Below are positions 1 through 12,500 of a DNA stretch of 64,000 bases, in pieces. Source of the stretch: Hydrolagus affinis. Its lineage: Eukaryota. The translations under genes and the position numbers were made by a program. The notes under the pieces are model-generated. The model was not told the DNA's origin. It did not search any database and saw only the letters and a list, made by a program, of their open reading frames with translations. Every line of letters begins with the position of its first letter. Position 1 is the first letter of the stretch. The DNA lies in assembly GCA_012026655.1 (NCBI GenBank), contig JAAILG010001363.1, positions 1-64,000 on the forward strand. Direction: 5' to 3'.

Positions 1-318
1 AACAACTGGCTTCACGATTATATGTTTAGAAATGGTATGGCGGAATCGAGCCAGCCCTCTGGTGGTGGTCCTGGTGGTCGAGTTCCTGAGCCAGTTGGGT
101 GCAGTATTCTTATTACAGCACAGGATGGACAGATTAGTCAATGGGGGGTAGGGATTTTTCCACTCAGTTCCCGTTAACTCTTCTCAAAATGGGGGGGTCT
201 TAACTGGACAAGCGGTGAAATGTGCCAGCTAGTGCTCTCAAATGGCAAACTATGAAAATTTAACCGGTTCATTTCACCATTACCCCAATGCAGAATTTCA
301 TTGACTCTTGCCAACTTT

Positions 319-655
319 CATAAGAACACAAGAATTAGGAGCAGGAGTAGGCCATTCAGCCCCTCGAATCTACTCCGCCATTCAATAAGATCATGGCTGA
401 TCTTCTCACCTAACTCTGATTACCTGCCCTATCCCCATATCCCCTAATCCCTCTATTTTTCAAAAATCTATCAGTCTCAGCCTTGAAAATGTTCAAGGAC
501 TGAGCATCTACAGCCTTCTGGGATAGTGAATTCTATAAATTCACTACCCTCTGAGTGAAGAAATGTTTCCTCAACTCTGTTCTAAAAGGCTGACCCTTAA
601 TTTTAAGACTGTGACCCCTGGTTATAGATTCTCCTACCAGGGGAAACAGTCCCTC
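319..655 (-). mobile_element. CR1-type LINE 3' fragment
   Basis: Reverse complement closely matches the 3' end of the + strand CR1 at ~9230-9560 (cataagaacacaagaattaggagcaggagtaggccattcagccc...gatcatggctgatc). Confidence 0.85.
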
Positions 656-1860
656 ACCTCAGTCCCTCTCGCCTATCACTCTCTGGAATTGGAAAGCAGG
701 ATATATCTTTCCAGGAAGAGAGAGTGTGTATTCCATTCCAGTAAACATCTCTGGAATTTCCATGTATAGATGGGATGCATGGACCTATCAGTTTGGTGTG
801 GATCCTCTTAAGCCTGGTGATGGGTTTCCGCATATGTCAGACACCCAGCCGATCAAAAAGCAAAGGTTTGCGCAAATTGTGGAAAATTCTTATGTTCAGA
901 CTTAATTTGGAAGCCAACTTTCCAAGTTTTAAAGAAGAATAGGTTCACGTATTAAGATAGGATTTCAGGATCCTTCATACTTTCATGCAATGTTGAATTT
1001 TACAGAAATTAGGACTTTCAGGTTAAAACTTGGGAGTAATTTCAGACCTCAGGATCAGAAGCTAAGAATATCCGCCAAGCCCACCGAGTAAGGGAAATTG
1101 CAAGGAAAATGATGTTTCTCTTCTTTTTCCATCCAACCTCACCACTGACCATATAAAGCAACTAGAACTGTAGGGCCCAGGTGTTCCTGAGAGTAAGATA
1201 AATAATCCTTACATTTTGTGGGTAAACGTAGCACATTTAATTGAGCTCCACCTTCACCCACAAAACGTCTAGCCAGTGCACTTCACAGTACTGTCGATTA
1301 TTTTTTATTATCACTGCAATTACGGCATCTCTCTTAAGTGCTCAAATGATTTTGATTTTACTGTGACTATTTTTGGAGGCAAATCCAACAGTCCATTTGT
1401 ACACAGCCATTTCCCACAAACAGCCAGTCGAGTAATACTGGACAGCAACCAACAATAACGCAATAATAAAAAGTCAAGCCAGGAGGGATGGGAGTGGGAA
1501 ATGGGTCATGGGAGGGGATGTAAAGTGTAACACATTGCTGCGTTTGATATGGAAGAAGTGGATGGAAAATAAATTTAAAAATGAAACTGGAACGCTGGCT
1601 TCACTATTGTATTTTTCAACACAATTTTAAAAAAACACCAAACGAGGGTGCAAAAATCCAATAAATTAACTCCCGATCCAAATCAGTTGATCCTGAATGA
1701 CTGATGTCCTGGTAATCATACAGAACCAGTAATTACCTTTCAACATCAAATGCTCTGTTCATTGCTCGGATTCTGTGCAGTGGAATGGAGCCTGGAATAA
1801 GACGGGCAGGAGTATCGCCTGTTGGTTTTAAACTCTTGTTTTCTAAAATTATCTTTTCAG

Positions 1861-2075
1861 GAAAAGTTGGCCTCACCTATCAGGAAAACAACACCATTGA
1901 TACCGGTGAGGTGGATTTGGGCCGCAGGGCTATCCAGGAAGTGCCTCCTGGGATCTTTTGGAGAGCTCAACTGTTCGTTGACAAGCCCCAGTTTCTGAAA
2001 TTCAACATATCCCTTCCAAAGGATGCACTGATTGGAATCTATGGCAGAAAAGGGCTACCTCCTTCACACACTCAG
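1861..2075 (+). CDS. TENM3: Teneurin-3 coding exon (juxtamembrane ectodomain, (G)[13 protein letters not shown]...LPPSHTQ), 215 nt, phase 1 to 0
   Basis: Acceptor ttttcag|GAAAAG at 1860/1861; donor CAG|gtatca at 2075/2076; part of ORF 1785..2246. Confidence 0.95.
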
Positions 2076-2099
2076 GTATCACTTGGTCTGCTGTCTCAG

Positions 2100-2410
2100 C
2101 GGACCTTTCTCACTCTCTGTCTACTGTCCCCTCCAATCCCCTCCCCCACTTCCCTCATTTGCTATCTGTCTGCTGCTTCCTCCGACCATTCACTATCTTC
2201 TCATGCCCTTTTATTATTATCCACTTCCTCCTTATTGCCTATTTAATCCTCTCACTGTCTACTTAGTCCTCCTTAGACCACACTCCCTATTTGTCTATCC
2301 CTCCTTAGACCTTTTTTTTATTGTCTATCTATCCCTCCTTTTAACTTGTTCTCTGTATTATCCCCTCCCACCCTTCTCATATTTATGTTTGCCTGCCATC
2401 TGATCTCATC
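2100..2410. repeat. CT-rich low-complexity tract
   Basis: Strong pyrimidine bias just after the 2075 donor; explains the L/S/P-rich spurious ORFs. Confidence 0.6.
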
Positions 2411-3596
2411 CTCTTTGTATTCAAGTCTTGTTCAATGACTCCTCAAAACACTCAATTCACTTTCATATCTATCTGCTCTACCCATCCTACACACATACAT
2501 TTTTAATTTTGTCACAAATAACATCTCCTCCAAGTGTTCTCTACCCTCTCTCATTTCACAACTATTTTTGTAGCTTTACCTTTTAATTATATTACTTGTC
2601 AGTGGTAGGAATTTTCTCGTAGTCAGTAAAATACCAGTATATAACAATCACTCAGAAACTTGTTTTTCTCTTTACAAGGACCGCATTTCAATTCCTGGCA
2701 GTCATTAGTAGTGAAATGTGGTTGCGCATTCTTCTTTTGTCATTGATATTCCCTGTATGTTTTCTGTAGAAATAGATTTGTTTACTTTATATGAAATTCT
2801 CAAAAAAGTGAACTGAACTGATTGACATTCACCACCCTGTACAATATATTTATTATAGTTTCTTAAAAAACCCTGCTTTGGATTCTGCAAAGTATTTGTT
2901 TTGCAGACTCTTAACCCCCTGAGGACAGTAAGAACTTTTCTGCATCACCTTCAGTTAGCAATAAAAGATCTATGTGACAAGAGGCATCTTCCATTGTGCA
3001 ATACTTTATTCACATTTTATTCAACAGCATTGCAGTCATGTCTCAAACAAATGCAATTATAATATCTTATTGGTGCATAAAATGGGAATGAATGAGCACT
3101 GGTACATTGGTACATCCCTGCGAGAACTCTTAAATAACGGATTGAGCTCTACTGAATTGTATCCGTGGATCAGGAACTTGCTCATCCTAGTTGCACTGTT
3201 AATATTTTAGAAAAAGCAATTGTGACCAACCTGTTTATCATCACTAAAGGAGTTAATTAACCACCGTAGCCTCTTGCCTATCTGAATTCACACTGCATTC
3301 AATTCTGCATTATATAACCCACAAGTGGGTTTGTGGATACACACTTTTGACGCTCGATTCACTTTGCTACACACAAGTAGGACATGAGACCTTGTTCACA
3401 ATTCCCACCAGTTGAGATCCCAATCTGAACTATGTCATTGAATGGAGTTGATAAGCACAGTTCAGTTGCTTTTCCAAGTTGAGATAATCGAAAATCCAAA
3501 GACATAAATTACCTCACTCAACTCTCAGAGATCACTGAGTAGTAGTTGTTCAAAAAGGCTTTGACGGAGGAATGGTGGGACAATACCAATAGTGAA

Positions 3597-3960
3597 TCTT
3601 AGAATTATAGAATATTACAGCACAGAAGGAGGCCATTCAGCCTATAGTGCCCTTCTTTGGAAGAACTACCAAAGCAGTCCAACTCCCCCACTCTTTCCCC
3701 ATAAGCTTGCAAATATTTCCTCTTCAAGTACTTATCCATTTCCCTTTTGAAAGTTATTTCATGTGTTTCCACCACCATTTAAAGCAGTGCATTCCAGACT
3801 GTAAAAACGATTCTCTTAATCTCCCCTCTGGTTCGTCAGCCAATTTCTATGAAACAATGTCCCTTGGTTACCGATCCACCTGCGAGTGGAAACAGTTTCT
3901 CCCTATCAAAACCTCTCATAATTTTGAACAACTCTATTAAATCTTGAACACATCTATTAA
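3597..3960 (-). mobile_element. Degraded CR1-type LINE 3' fragment
   Basis: agaattatagaatattacagcacagaaggaggccattcagcc...tccatttcccttttgaaagtt is the reverse complement of the copy at ~39235-39425. Confidence 0.7.
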
Positions 3961-4034
3961 ATCTACCTTGTAAGTCACCTCCCACTTCTCAAGCACACTC
4001 TCTGCTGGTCTCCCAGTTCCACCATCCACAAGAT

Positions 4035-4512
4035 CCGTCTTATCCAATACTCTGCCATATACATCCTCAACAGTACCAAGATCTTCACACCCATCATTCC
4101 TATCCTCTCCAGGCTCTACTGGCTCCCTGACTCTTGAGAGGATTGATTTAATTACCCTCATCCTCACAAACAAATCCTTTCACACCCCAGGCTTGCTATC
4201 TTTCTAACTTGTCCATACCCATCTCCTCTGCCTGCCCTTCTTATCTCTCTAACCTGCTTTACCGCATCCCTCTGCCTGTCTCCTTCTCCCAGTTGACACA
4301 GCCTATTACTACACTTCTAATCTCTAGCTCACTTGCCTCAATCCCTCAGCCTTACTTTTATCTTCAAATTCCACATTACCACTTACTTGTTTGACTAAGG
4401 CTATAGCCACCTCTTTCTTTCTTATTCAGCATCCAACCCTGCTAAAGTACAGTTCTCCCAAGATGTTATTCTGCATGTAGGGTGCTATACAAACGCAAGT
4501 TGTTGTTGTTTG
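4035..4512 (+). mobile_element. Degraded L2-type LINE 3' fragment
   Basis: cacacccatcattcctatcctctccaggctctactggctccc resembles the ITPxLxxLHWLP-coding segment of other copies; ends gtgctatacaaacgcaagttgttgttgtt. Confidence 0.55.
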
Positions 4513-7009
4513 GAAGGTGAATAAATGAAGATACCTTTCTAAAAGAGCAAGGTTTTATGCAGGAATGGAAAAAGAACTCTGTTTCTAAGTAAATGCAAAT
4601 CGATTTATCATGGTTATGTGTCAGAACTGCTGTTTAACAACTCTTGATAACTGTCTAAGCAATAGCTTGCATTTGCACTGTTCATTTAGATTTCCCCACC
4701 ATCGTTTTACCAGGAAATGACAACACGGCTGTAACACTTTAAATACAAACACCTGTCGCCTGGGTTTGACTTACAATCTCTTGAATAAATCTGAGGAACT
4801 GACAATGAAGTCCCATTTAGTCCCCAATCAATATCTGCTTGAAACTGTTCCGCACCACTTTCTGAGAACGTTAGTTTAGGCATAACCGAAGGATCAATGC
4901 GTTGCTTTGTTGGCAATAAAACAAACAAAATATATTGATAGTTTAAAGTAATTCTGATAAGTGCCCATGCAGTACCAAAACAATGTGACTCTATACCTCT
5001 CCGTTATGGGGACGCTCAATATGTTTTCTAGTGGCTGTGAAGATCAAAGCTATGTGATGTACATGTTGCTTTTTCTTTCGATGATCCAAAAGACATTGTT
5101 TTTTTCGGCCGCTTGCGTTGCCATTATGAGATCTTCATGTGTATTACTCTTTGGAGTAATGTTTACTGTACCTTGAAACACATTTCCACTTATCTTTCAT
5201 CGCTTCTGTTATCCCGTGGAAGCTACACAGTGCAGTGTTTATTTATGCATTTGTTGTACGGCAAGTTGAAATTCATATTGAGATTCAAATCTATACATGC
5301 ATACGTTTGGGAAAATTATTTCTTCGCCCACTCCTCCCGGCCGTTCATTCGAGTCACATTCAAGATCTTTTTAACGTGGATATCAGCTGGAAAACAAGTG
5401 AACAATGCAATGAGTAGATGATGCCCATTTGTAGAAACAACAACAAAAAATTACATTTGTAAAGTGTCTTATGTTGGCCAGATGTCCCAAGAGAATGGAC
5501 GGTCAGAGATTTGAACCTGAGCAATGGGTTGGGTTTAGGGGTGGAGGGTAGCGGTGGAGGGCATGGTGGGTAGGGTTAGGATGCTTCAGTGCTAAAAGTC
5601 TTTAACATTGAAGGTCCTTTGACCCATAATACCTGAACCAACTACTGGAGATACTCTATTTGCCTATTTTGCCCCTATCATTACTGAAAGCCAAAGAGTC
5701 ATTTTTTTATTTAAATATTTTCTTCTGGTCCTAATAAACGCTAAGCATATTGCTGGATACGGTTTTTAATTCCTGCAAAATTGTCCTCCTCAGAAGGCTT
5801 AAGTGTGGTATCACATTTAACATTGAAAAGCTTCACAACCTTCACAATTGGAAATATTAATTTTAAGTCTAATGTGTGAAAATGGAATTTTCTGAACAGT
5901 GTTGAATATGGATAGCAATAAATCAGTTGATCATATCAGTGAATGCTGGTCCATTACTGGAAGTCCAGGCAAACTGATTTCTATGTAATTCAGATTTTTT
6001 GCACATTAAGGCAATATGCCTTTTTTTTCCTGAAATAGTTTTCCCCTCTCATTAATTTCGGCAGCATTCAAGGTCCTTTCAATGAAAGGTGTGGAAACAA
6101 GTAATTTACCATGATATTATCAGTTCACTGTAGTGGTCTGAATTGTAAGAGTTTGCACACTGGATCCGACCTGACTTCTGGTTCATGCAGGCAAACCCCA
6201 TGGTCACTCGGCATCCCAGCAACCACTGGAAGCATCTGCTACATGCTGCGTTCAATAATGTAATTCCCTTATTATGCGACTCTGATTTGAAATCAGTCAG
6301 GCAATATAATTTTAAATGCGGCTATACCGCTGACTTGACTCAGTCTAAAAGTAATCACGCACTCTGGAAAGTTTAATCCCTATCTGAATAGAACTTGAAT
6401 CATCATCAATCTATGGTGATCCGATACTGGCAGTCTTTTAATGTCCATATAACATCATCAGATGTTGCGATGCCTCTTATAGTTCAAGATCGGAAGCAAT
6501 GCTTTAAGTTGTGACATTCGTTGATTGTAACTTCCACTTTTTTTTTTACGAAATTCACAGGCTTTGAAAGTAGAAGGGTGAAGATGGTATGAGGGGCCTC
6601 GGGTGGGTGTGAGGGAATGTGGGGGGCGGGTGGGGAGGAATTGTCCAATTTTGTTGGCAGGACCTTTTTTTCTGGTTTAGCCGACTTTGGAATCCTGGGG
6701 CAATGATTTCCCCTATAAGAGTGCAATTCACGCCCTATGAAGTGCTTTGAGTCGATTATCCAACATGAAATATGAGGATTATTACTTTAAATTGACAAAC
6801 CAGGAAGTGGTAGCGGACACAGCAGCAACAGATTGCATGTTATAGTGCCATTCAGAGCAGTCCCGGAGTGCTTCAGTCTTGCAAATACAGTACATGGATT
6901 GTAAATTAAACGCGCAGTGCTCATTTTCCCCGTGTTTTGGAAATTTGCGTGCTTGCCTGCTTTGGATGCCAAATAGACGTCTAACTGGATGTTGTACCTT
7001 ACCTCTCAG

Positions 7010-7220
7010 TACGACTTTGTGGAGTTGCTCGATGGCAGTAGATTGATAGCCAGAGAAAAACGCAACCTTGTTGAGTCTGACCGTCGAGTCCGACGCGCCA
7101 GGGCTGTTAGCCTCCAAGAAGCCGGTTTCATCCAGTATCTGGATTCAGGAGTCTGGCACCTGGCCTTTTACAACGATGGGAAAACTCCTGAGCAAGTGTC
7201 CTTCAACACCATTATCATTG
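7010..7220 (+). CDS. TENM3: Teneurin-3 coding exon ([12 protein letters not shown]...SFNTIII), 211 nt, phase 0 to 1
   Basis: Acceptor ctctcag|TACGAC; donor TTG|gtaagt; part of ORF 6989..7279; contains WHLAFYNDG teneurin motif. Confidence 0.96.
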
Positions 7221-7532
7221 GTAAGTGTTGTATTCCACGCGTGTGTCTCAAATTAGTAATTAGTACAACCAATGACTGATAATTTGAACCTCATAGTACA
7301 ATGTTCAGATAGATGATAAAGGCTCGGATGGTAAAGTCCAGTGTGAATGCCAGGCGTTTCCAATTGCTCCTAAGTAACTATGTGCTAAGGAGAAGAAAAA
7401 TCATCCAGAGTTTGTTACTCGCGACATTGCAAAGCTTGCAAACAAGGTGCAGTGTAACCAATAGCCTTGTACAAAGTAAAAACATATACTCTTTGAAAAG
7501 CATTAAAAGCTTGCTTTGTTGTCCGCAAACAG

Positions 7533-7634
7533 AGTCTGCAGTTGAGTGTCCTCGAAATTGCCATGGAAGTGGAGAATGTATTTCTGGAACTTGCCATTGT
7601 TTCGCTGGATTCCTTGGGCCTGATTGTGCAAGAG
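7533..7634 (+). CDS. TENM3: Teneurin-3 coding exon, EGF repeat 1 ([34 protein letters not shown]), 102 nt
   Basis: Acceptor aaacag|AGTCTG; donor GAG|gtatgt; six-cysteine tenascin-type EGF; end of ORF 7313..7642. Confidence 0.95.
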
Positions 7635-8095
7635 GTATGTGAATTGTATTTCCTGCAGCTGCAAAGTAGAGAGGTGAGGGTGGTGAGGGATTGCTAGTGG
7701 GAGGGATCTCTACTGCTTAGAAATCCTAACCTTTTGTTCGTTGTTAATATAAGGAGAGACCTGCGTGCCCACTGAAGAGCGGAGGGAGCACTTCTATAAT
7801 AGCATAGGACAGACAGACTTAGCCGTTGCCAGTGGCGACCACGGTACCCAGCTGGGCAGCCCACGATGAGTCTGCCACAGTCTCTTTGATAGTCCTTACA
7901 TCTGAAGAGCGTGATGGATAAAATCTTCATATTCGAGGATCAGAGCATTTATATTTCTTAGAAATACCAAGAAGCGTATTGATGAGATTGTGGTATCATC
8001 GCATAAAAGGATTTTTAAAATCTTCCTGAGCACCTCACCACTGAGCTCTACTCTATCCCGAGTGCTAATATCTTTCTTTTCTTTTTGTTGTGCAG

Positions 8096-8290
8096 CAGCC
8101 TGTCCCGTCCTATGTAACGGCAATGGACAGTACTCCAAAGGACGCTGCCTTTGTTACAGTGGATGGAAGGCAATGGAGTGCGATGTGCCCTCAACACAAT
8201 GCGTCGACCCTCAGTGCAGAGGACACGGCATCTGCATTATGGGCTCCTGTGTCTGCAACTCGGGCTACAAGGGAGAGATGTGTGAGCAAG
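8096..8290 (+). CDS. TENM3: Teneurin-3 coding exon, EGF repeats 2-3, 195 nt
   Basis: Pyrimidine tract then tgcag|CAGCC; donor AAG|gtacag; [20 protein letters not shown]...GEMCEQ in ORF 7990..8373. Confidence 0.95.
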
Positions 8291-8429
8291 GTACAGCGAA
8301 ACCAAACTGTAGGGGTTCCAGGGAGGTCAGCACTGTTCTGGCAGAAACGCAATGGAAGTATAACAATGGCTGAGATATTCTAGCTAGATAACTTAAGCTT
8401 GTGATTTAATAGCCTACATAAGATTTTAC

Positions 8430-9560
8430 ATAAGATTAGGACCATGGAATTAAAGATAATATATTAGCATGGATTGGAGAGTGGCTATCAGGAAGAAAAC
8501 AGAGAGCAGGGATAAACAGGTCCTTCTCAGATTGGCAGGATGTGACTAGTGGAGTGCCACAAGGATCAGTGCTTGGGCCTCAACTATTCACAGTTTATAT
8601 CAATGATTTAGATGGGGAAATAGAACTAAACATATCTAAATTTGCGGATGATACAAAGCTAGGTGGGAAAGTAAGCTGCGAGGATGACCCTAGAAGAATT
8701 CAAAGGGATATAGAAAAGCTAGGTGAGTGGCCAAGAAGGTGGAGTTGGAGTATAATCTGGGGAAATGTGAAGTTATTCACCTAGGGAGTAAACTTAGAAA
8801 AGTGGATTATTTTCTAGAGGGGGAGAGACTTAAGTTGTGTTAGTGATCAGAGGGATTTAGTCACAAAATGTTAATATGCAGATACAGCAAGCAACTAGGA
8901 AGGCTAACAGCATGTTGGCGTTCAAAAGGGTTAGAGTAGAAGAGTAGGGAAGTCTTACTGTAGTTGTATTGCACCTTGGTGAGGCAGCACCTAGAATATT
9001 GTGTGCAGTTTTGGTCTCGTTATTTAAGAAAGGACATACTGTACCTACCTTAGAGGGGATGCAATATTAATTCACTAGGTTTGTTCCTGGGATGAGGGGG
9101 TTGACCTATGAGGTTAGGTTGAGTAAACTAGGCCATATATTCTCTAAAATATAGAAGAATTAAATGTGATCTTATAGAAATCTATCAGATTCCTAAGGGG
9201 CTTCACAGAGTAGACAGCGTGAGATTGGTTCCCCTGGTTGGAGAACTTAAAACTAGAGGTCATTATCTCAAGATAATGACCTCTACCAGCCTTTTTGCAC
9301 TGAGTTGAGGAAACATTTCTTCACTTAGAGGGTAGTAAATTTTGGAATTCTCTACTCCAGAAGGCTATGGATGCTCAGTCCTTGAACATATTCAAGACTG
9401 AGATTGATAGATTTCTATAGGATAGAGGGATTAAAGGATATGGGGATAGGGTGGGTAAATAGAATTAGGTTAGAAGATCAGCCATGATCTTATTAAATGA
9501 CGGGGCAGGCTCAAGTGGGCTGAATGCCCTACTTCTGCTCCTTTTTCTTATGTTCTTATT
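8430..9560 (+). mobile_element. 5'-truncated CR1 LINE (ORF2 reverse transcriptase C-terminal half plus 3' UTR), disrupted
   Basis: ORF 8542..8784 has RT motifs SGVPQGSVLGPQLF and SKFADDTKLGG; frameshifts/stops downstream; ends in ttcttatgttcttat. Confidence 0.93.
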
Positions 9561-12500
9561 CCCATTCCCCACAAATACATATTACAGTATTCAATATTTT
9601 CTGGATAGACATATAAAAGGTGCACACTTTTGATCAGTGACATTTTATTTGATCACCAATGTAGCACCAATGTGGAAATTGGAGGGTTTAAAGGTCCTGG
9701 AGAACGTTCTGAGAAATTGCCCCAAAAAAACATATGAGTACATCTGACCAACCACTCTCTTTGTTCCTTATTGTTAAATGAAACTTTCCGAGTGGTTTTA
9801 AATACAAAACACAAATACAATGGATAAGAATAATATGTATATAGATTATCAATCTAACAGGGACCACACAATCCTCAGATCATTTGATATAATTGACTAT
9901 TTTGTCCATCATCCATTTATTAGACTTTAACAAATTTGTTTCTCCAACCCTCACACAAGCTGTACAACTTCACAATATCTTCCATTTTTTTTTCTCTCAA
10001 CCCTTCCTCTCCCCCACATCTAATCATTTCGAAAACTCACAATGAAGATCTGGTCAGCTCATTCTCAGTATTAGCCTAGAGCCTAGACATCTGCCCATTT
10101 TTTCCACAATCAAATGGAATGTCCGAGTTTCCCTCTCAACGTGTTGACAGTTTGCGGAAGATCCTCTGCCTTCGTATTTTCACAGTAGAACATTTGAATT
10201 TAACATAATCTGATTTTAGATTCCCCCAAATTCACACTGTCGGCATTTTTCATCCATTGTCCCATTCCGATGTTTTATTTCATGTAACAACAGAGAAGCA
10301 GAAGGATGCTTTTCCAATGGTTGGTGATTCATTTGGTTTCACCCAGCAATGATTCTGAGTCACTGTCTCTCGGATATGACTGTCAGATTTGTCACTGAGT
10401 TATAGAATCTGATACGTTGCCGACAAGTGGCAATTTCCCGTGGGAAATACATAGTTGAGAGGGTTATTCCTTTTGTTGTCATCGAAGCTTCGAACAGTTC
10501 AAGAAACAACATTCCTCAAGGCAGTTAGGAAGTGCACTGTCAAAAGGTTTTGTCTTCAGAGATAAAGAAAGAGTCCTCTATTGCAGTTCGCCATTGAGCA
10601 ATAGGTCCAAAAAATGACATTTTTGTTACTCATTTTCAAATCCCATCTAAAAAGATGGGGGATATTTGCAACCCACAGTGAGCACAAGAGGATTAAAATG
10701 ACAAGGACATTCAAGATGGTGATTTTGCAGCACGTTATCTAAGCAGTGCAAGAAAGTGACTTCGAAGGCAAACAATTTCCTGAAGAGATAAAAATGTTTC
10801 CATTGAAAGGTTCCAGTATGGGTTGCTCCACCACTTCTGACCTAAACTGGCACAAAGGGGTTGGAACTATGAGCGATGCAATTCTTCTATTTGGGAAATA
10901 GATGCAAGGCCGATCAGTGAGAGTGAGGTATTAATGCCTAAACTGGGAATTACTTGAAACAGCAGGGACGGATTGATCCCATTCCCTGTGCAGACCTCTT
11001 ACTTATTTCACAATAGTGGCACCCGAGGCTTACTATCCCATTTTGTTGAACAACTCTTAGGTTCCCTATATACCAGATGATTGCCCGAATGAGCAGAGGA
11101 AGTTTCATAACAAGCAAAGGACATTAATTTGGGGTTACCAAAATAGATAGCTCTCATGTCAAACTTCCAGGTCAAGAGATTGCCAAGATTTTGTCAATGG
11201 AGTGGTCTTTCCTGGGAAGAAATATACCTGAATACCTTCTCTTGTTTTTCAACCGTAACAGTATCCATAAGAAGGTCAATTTGGAGAGGACAACATTGTT
11301 CCTTGTAGCTCCTTACTAACTAAGGAAAATTGGGTATTCCGATCCAGTGGAGTGAATATTAACTGCCTACAATTATCCTCTATAGAAAAGGCCTACTGTT
11401 GTGCAGCTGGAAGGTCAAATATAGCAGAGCATAATTTAACTCGATCTTTGTTCAGCTTGGCTCTTGAGAAATGCCTTTTCAATAAAAAAAAGGCCTTTTT
11501 TTTTAGTTGGTAGAATTAAGAAAAATGCTGCTCTTAAAAGAATGTGGAAAAGATTCATCTTGTATTTCTGTTATTTCAGCTGTTTATTTGCTCTCCTTAT
11601 TCTTTTCAAGATCTGTCGCCTGGTTGTTCAGCTGTGATACTTCCCACACAATCTTATCGTTCTCCTTTTAAGAGTAGTTATGTGAAGATCATCTTGTGTT
11701 ATCATGTTTGTGGCAGCTGCCTGGAAGCGTACACCTTTCATTTGTCCAGTTCAATCTAGCTCTTGTTCTTATCTCCAAATGCAGAAGACAAAGTGAAGTT
11801 GATTTCTCTTTTTTTGTTGTTGGTTTTCCATTTGGACAGGACTTTCTCTTGAGCTTCTTGCCTAAAATTGTAAAAGTTTTATTTATCTCAAGAAGTTTTA
11901 CCAGTTTTCCTGTTTTTTCCGGTTGGGAGAGAAAATATGAATTATTTGTTATTTGCAGTTGTCAGCCTTCTGTATAGACAGCTCCAAGGATTGATGCCAA
12001 TTCAGGTGTTATTTGCATATTTCATTGGCAACAGAGCTTTAAATGACGCGTCCCATAACAAAATAAATCCTTATAGAATTCGGCCATGAATTGAGACAAA
12101 GGCTTCTTGAACTGTGTTGTTTGGTCTCTTGGTCTGGACAATCTTCCACGTGGAAAAGATAGGCTTTTACAGGACACTTGTGCCTGTATGTCCTCTGAAG
12201 AAGTTAAATGCTTTATTATGCTTCTGAACCCATTGCATACTACAAAGTGAGCCTGGGAATCAATGAGGCAAAGGGAGAAACAGCCTTCTGGAAATCTGAA
12301 ATGAAACACAAAATGTACAGCAGTTCAAACAGCATCTGAAGGAGAGATAGATCAGCGATTTGGGTATGACCTTTCAATGGAACTTAACTTTTGCTCTATT
12401 TCTAGTCAACTGACTATTGCTAGTCACTATTATTGAGTCAGTGTGTTTGCAAGTAGGGGATGAAAGTGGGAGCTTGCACCAGCACAGACTCAGTGGGTTG

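Noticed and set aside
11483-11504. A-run/GGCC/T-run palindrome resembling a terminator
   Set aside because: Homopolymer symmetry in eukaryotic intron DNA; intrinsic terminators do not apply.
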